From a virus (taxonomy: Duplodnaviria; Caudoviricetes): a DNA stretch of 64,000 bases. The DNA is taken from IMG/VR virus record IMGVR_UViG_3300037467_001904, positions 11,367-75,366 of that record, one strand, 5' to 3'. The translations under genes were made by a program, and so were the position numbers. Numbering within the stretch: position 1 is the stretch's first letter; each line of letters begins with the position of its first letter. Of the stretch, positions 63,878 through 64,000 are shown one piece after another. The notes beneath the pieces are model-generated. The model ran no database searches and was not told where the DNA came from. It was given only the letters and a program-made list of their open reading frames with translations.

Positions 63878-64000
63878 CCAAGACCGAGACCGGCGGGGCG
63901 TTTCCCGTGTGCCCTCGCTCAGTGCACACCGTAGATGACGACGGCTTTCCCGTCGATTGCGGGTATCCGCAGTGTGGGTGCGACCGAGTTACTGCCCCCG

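Larger units (their letters stand above)
41989..64000. mobile_element. Prophage segment B (integration, early-left, immunity and early-right/replication modules), continuing beyond the window
   Basis: Order int-xis-MTase-recT-exonuclease-cI-cro-ruvC-gcrA-dnaB-initiator. Confidence 0.85.

Overview
The whole window is temperate-phage DNA of an Alphaproteobacterium. The host assignment rests on GcrA, DUF982-like and DUF768-like genes, alphaproteobacterial LexA boxes and EcfG/RpoE2-type promoter motifs; no host housekeeping genes are visible. It reads as two lambdoid-style halves joined at an att junction. Left half (1-~42,000): a replication module (DUF1376/YdaU-like initiator and a split Twinkle/T7-gp4-like primase-helicase), a putative late regulator, and a cargo block (HigBA-like TA, a ~515-nt structured RNA region with tRNA-like modules, a palindrome cluster, a DUF3800-like gene). 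These are followed by a complete contractile-tail morphogenesis operon, lysis genes, a terminator/sRNA-like array, a tRNA-Gln 3' relic and SOS-linked cargo (SRAP). Right half (~42,000-64,000): an attP-like site with a tRNA-Glu 3' core, integrase, Xis, a two-frame overlapping C5 methyltransferase, a DUF982-like triplet, a DUF5131-like radical SAM gene, RecT/RecE-like genes and the cI/cro switch with 17-bp operators. These are followed by RuvC-like, GcrA and MT-A70 genes, DnaB and a second initiator with iterons. Two different replication modules, each followed by a paralogous HTH gene, suggest two related prophages in tandem. The best candidate for an undescribed system is the ncRNA / palindrome / DUF3800 / TA block at 3.9-7.0 kb. 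All family names come from motif recognition by eye; no database search was run.
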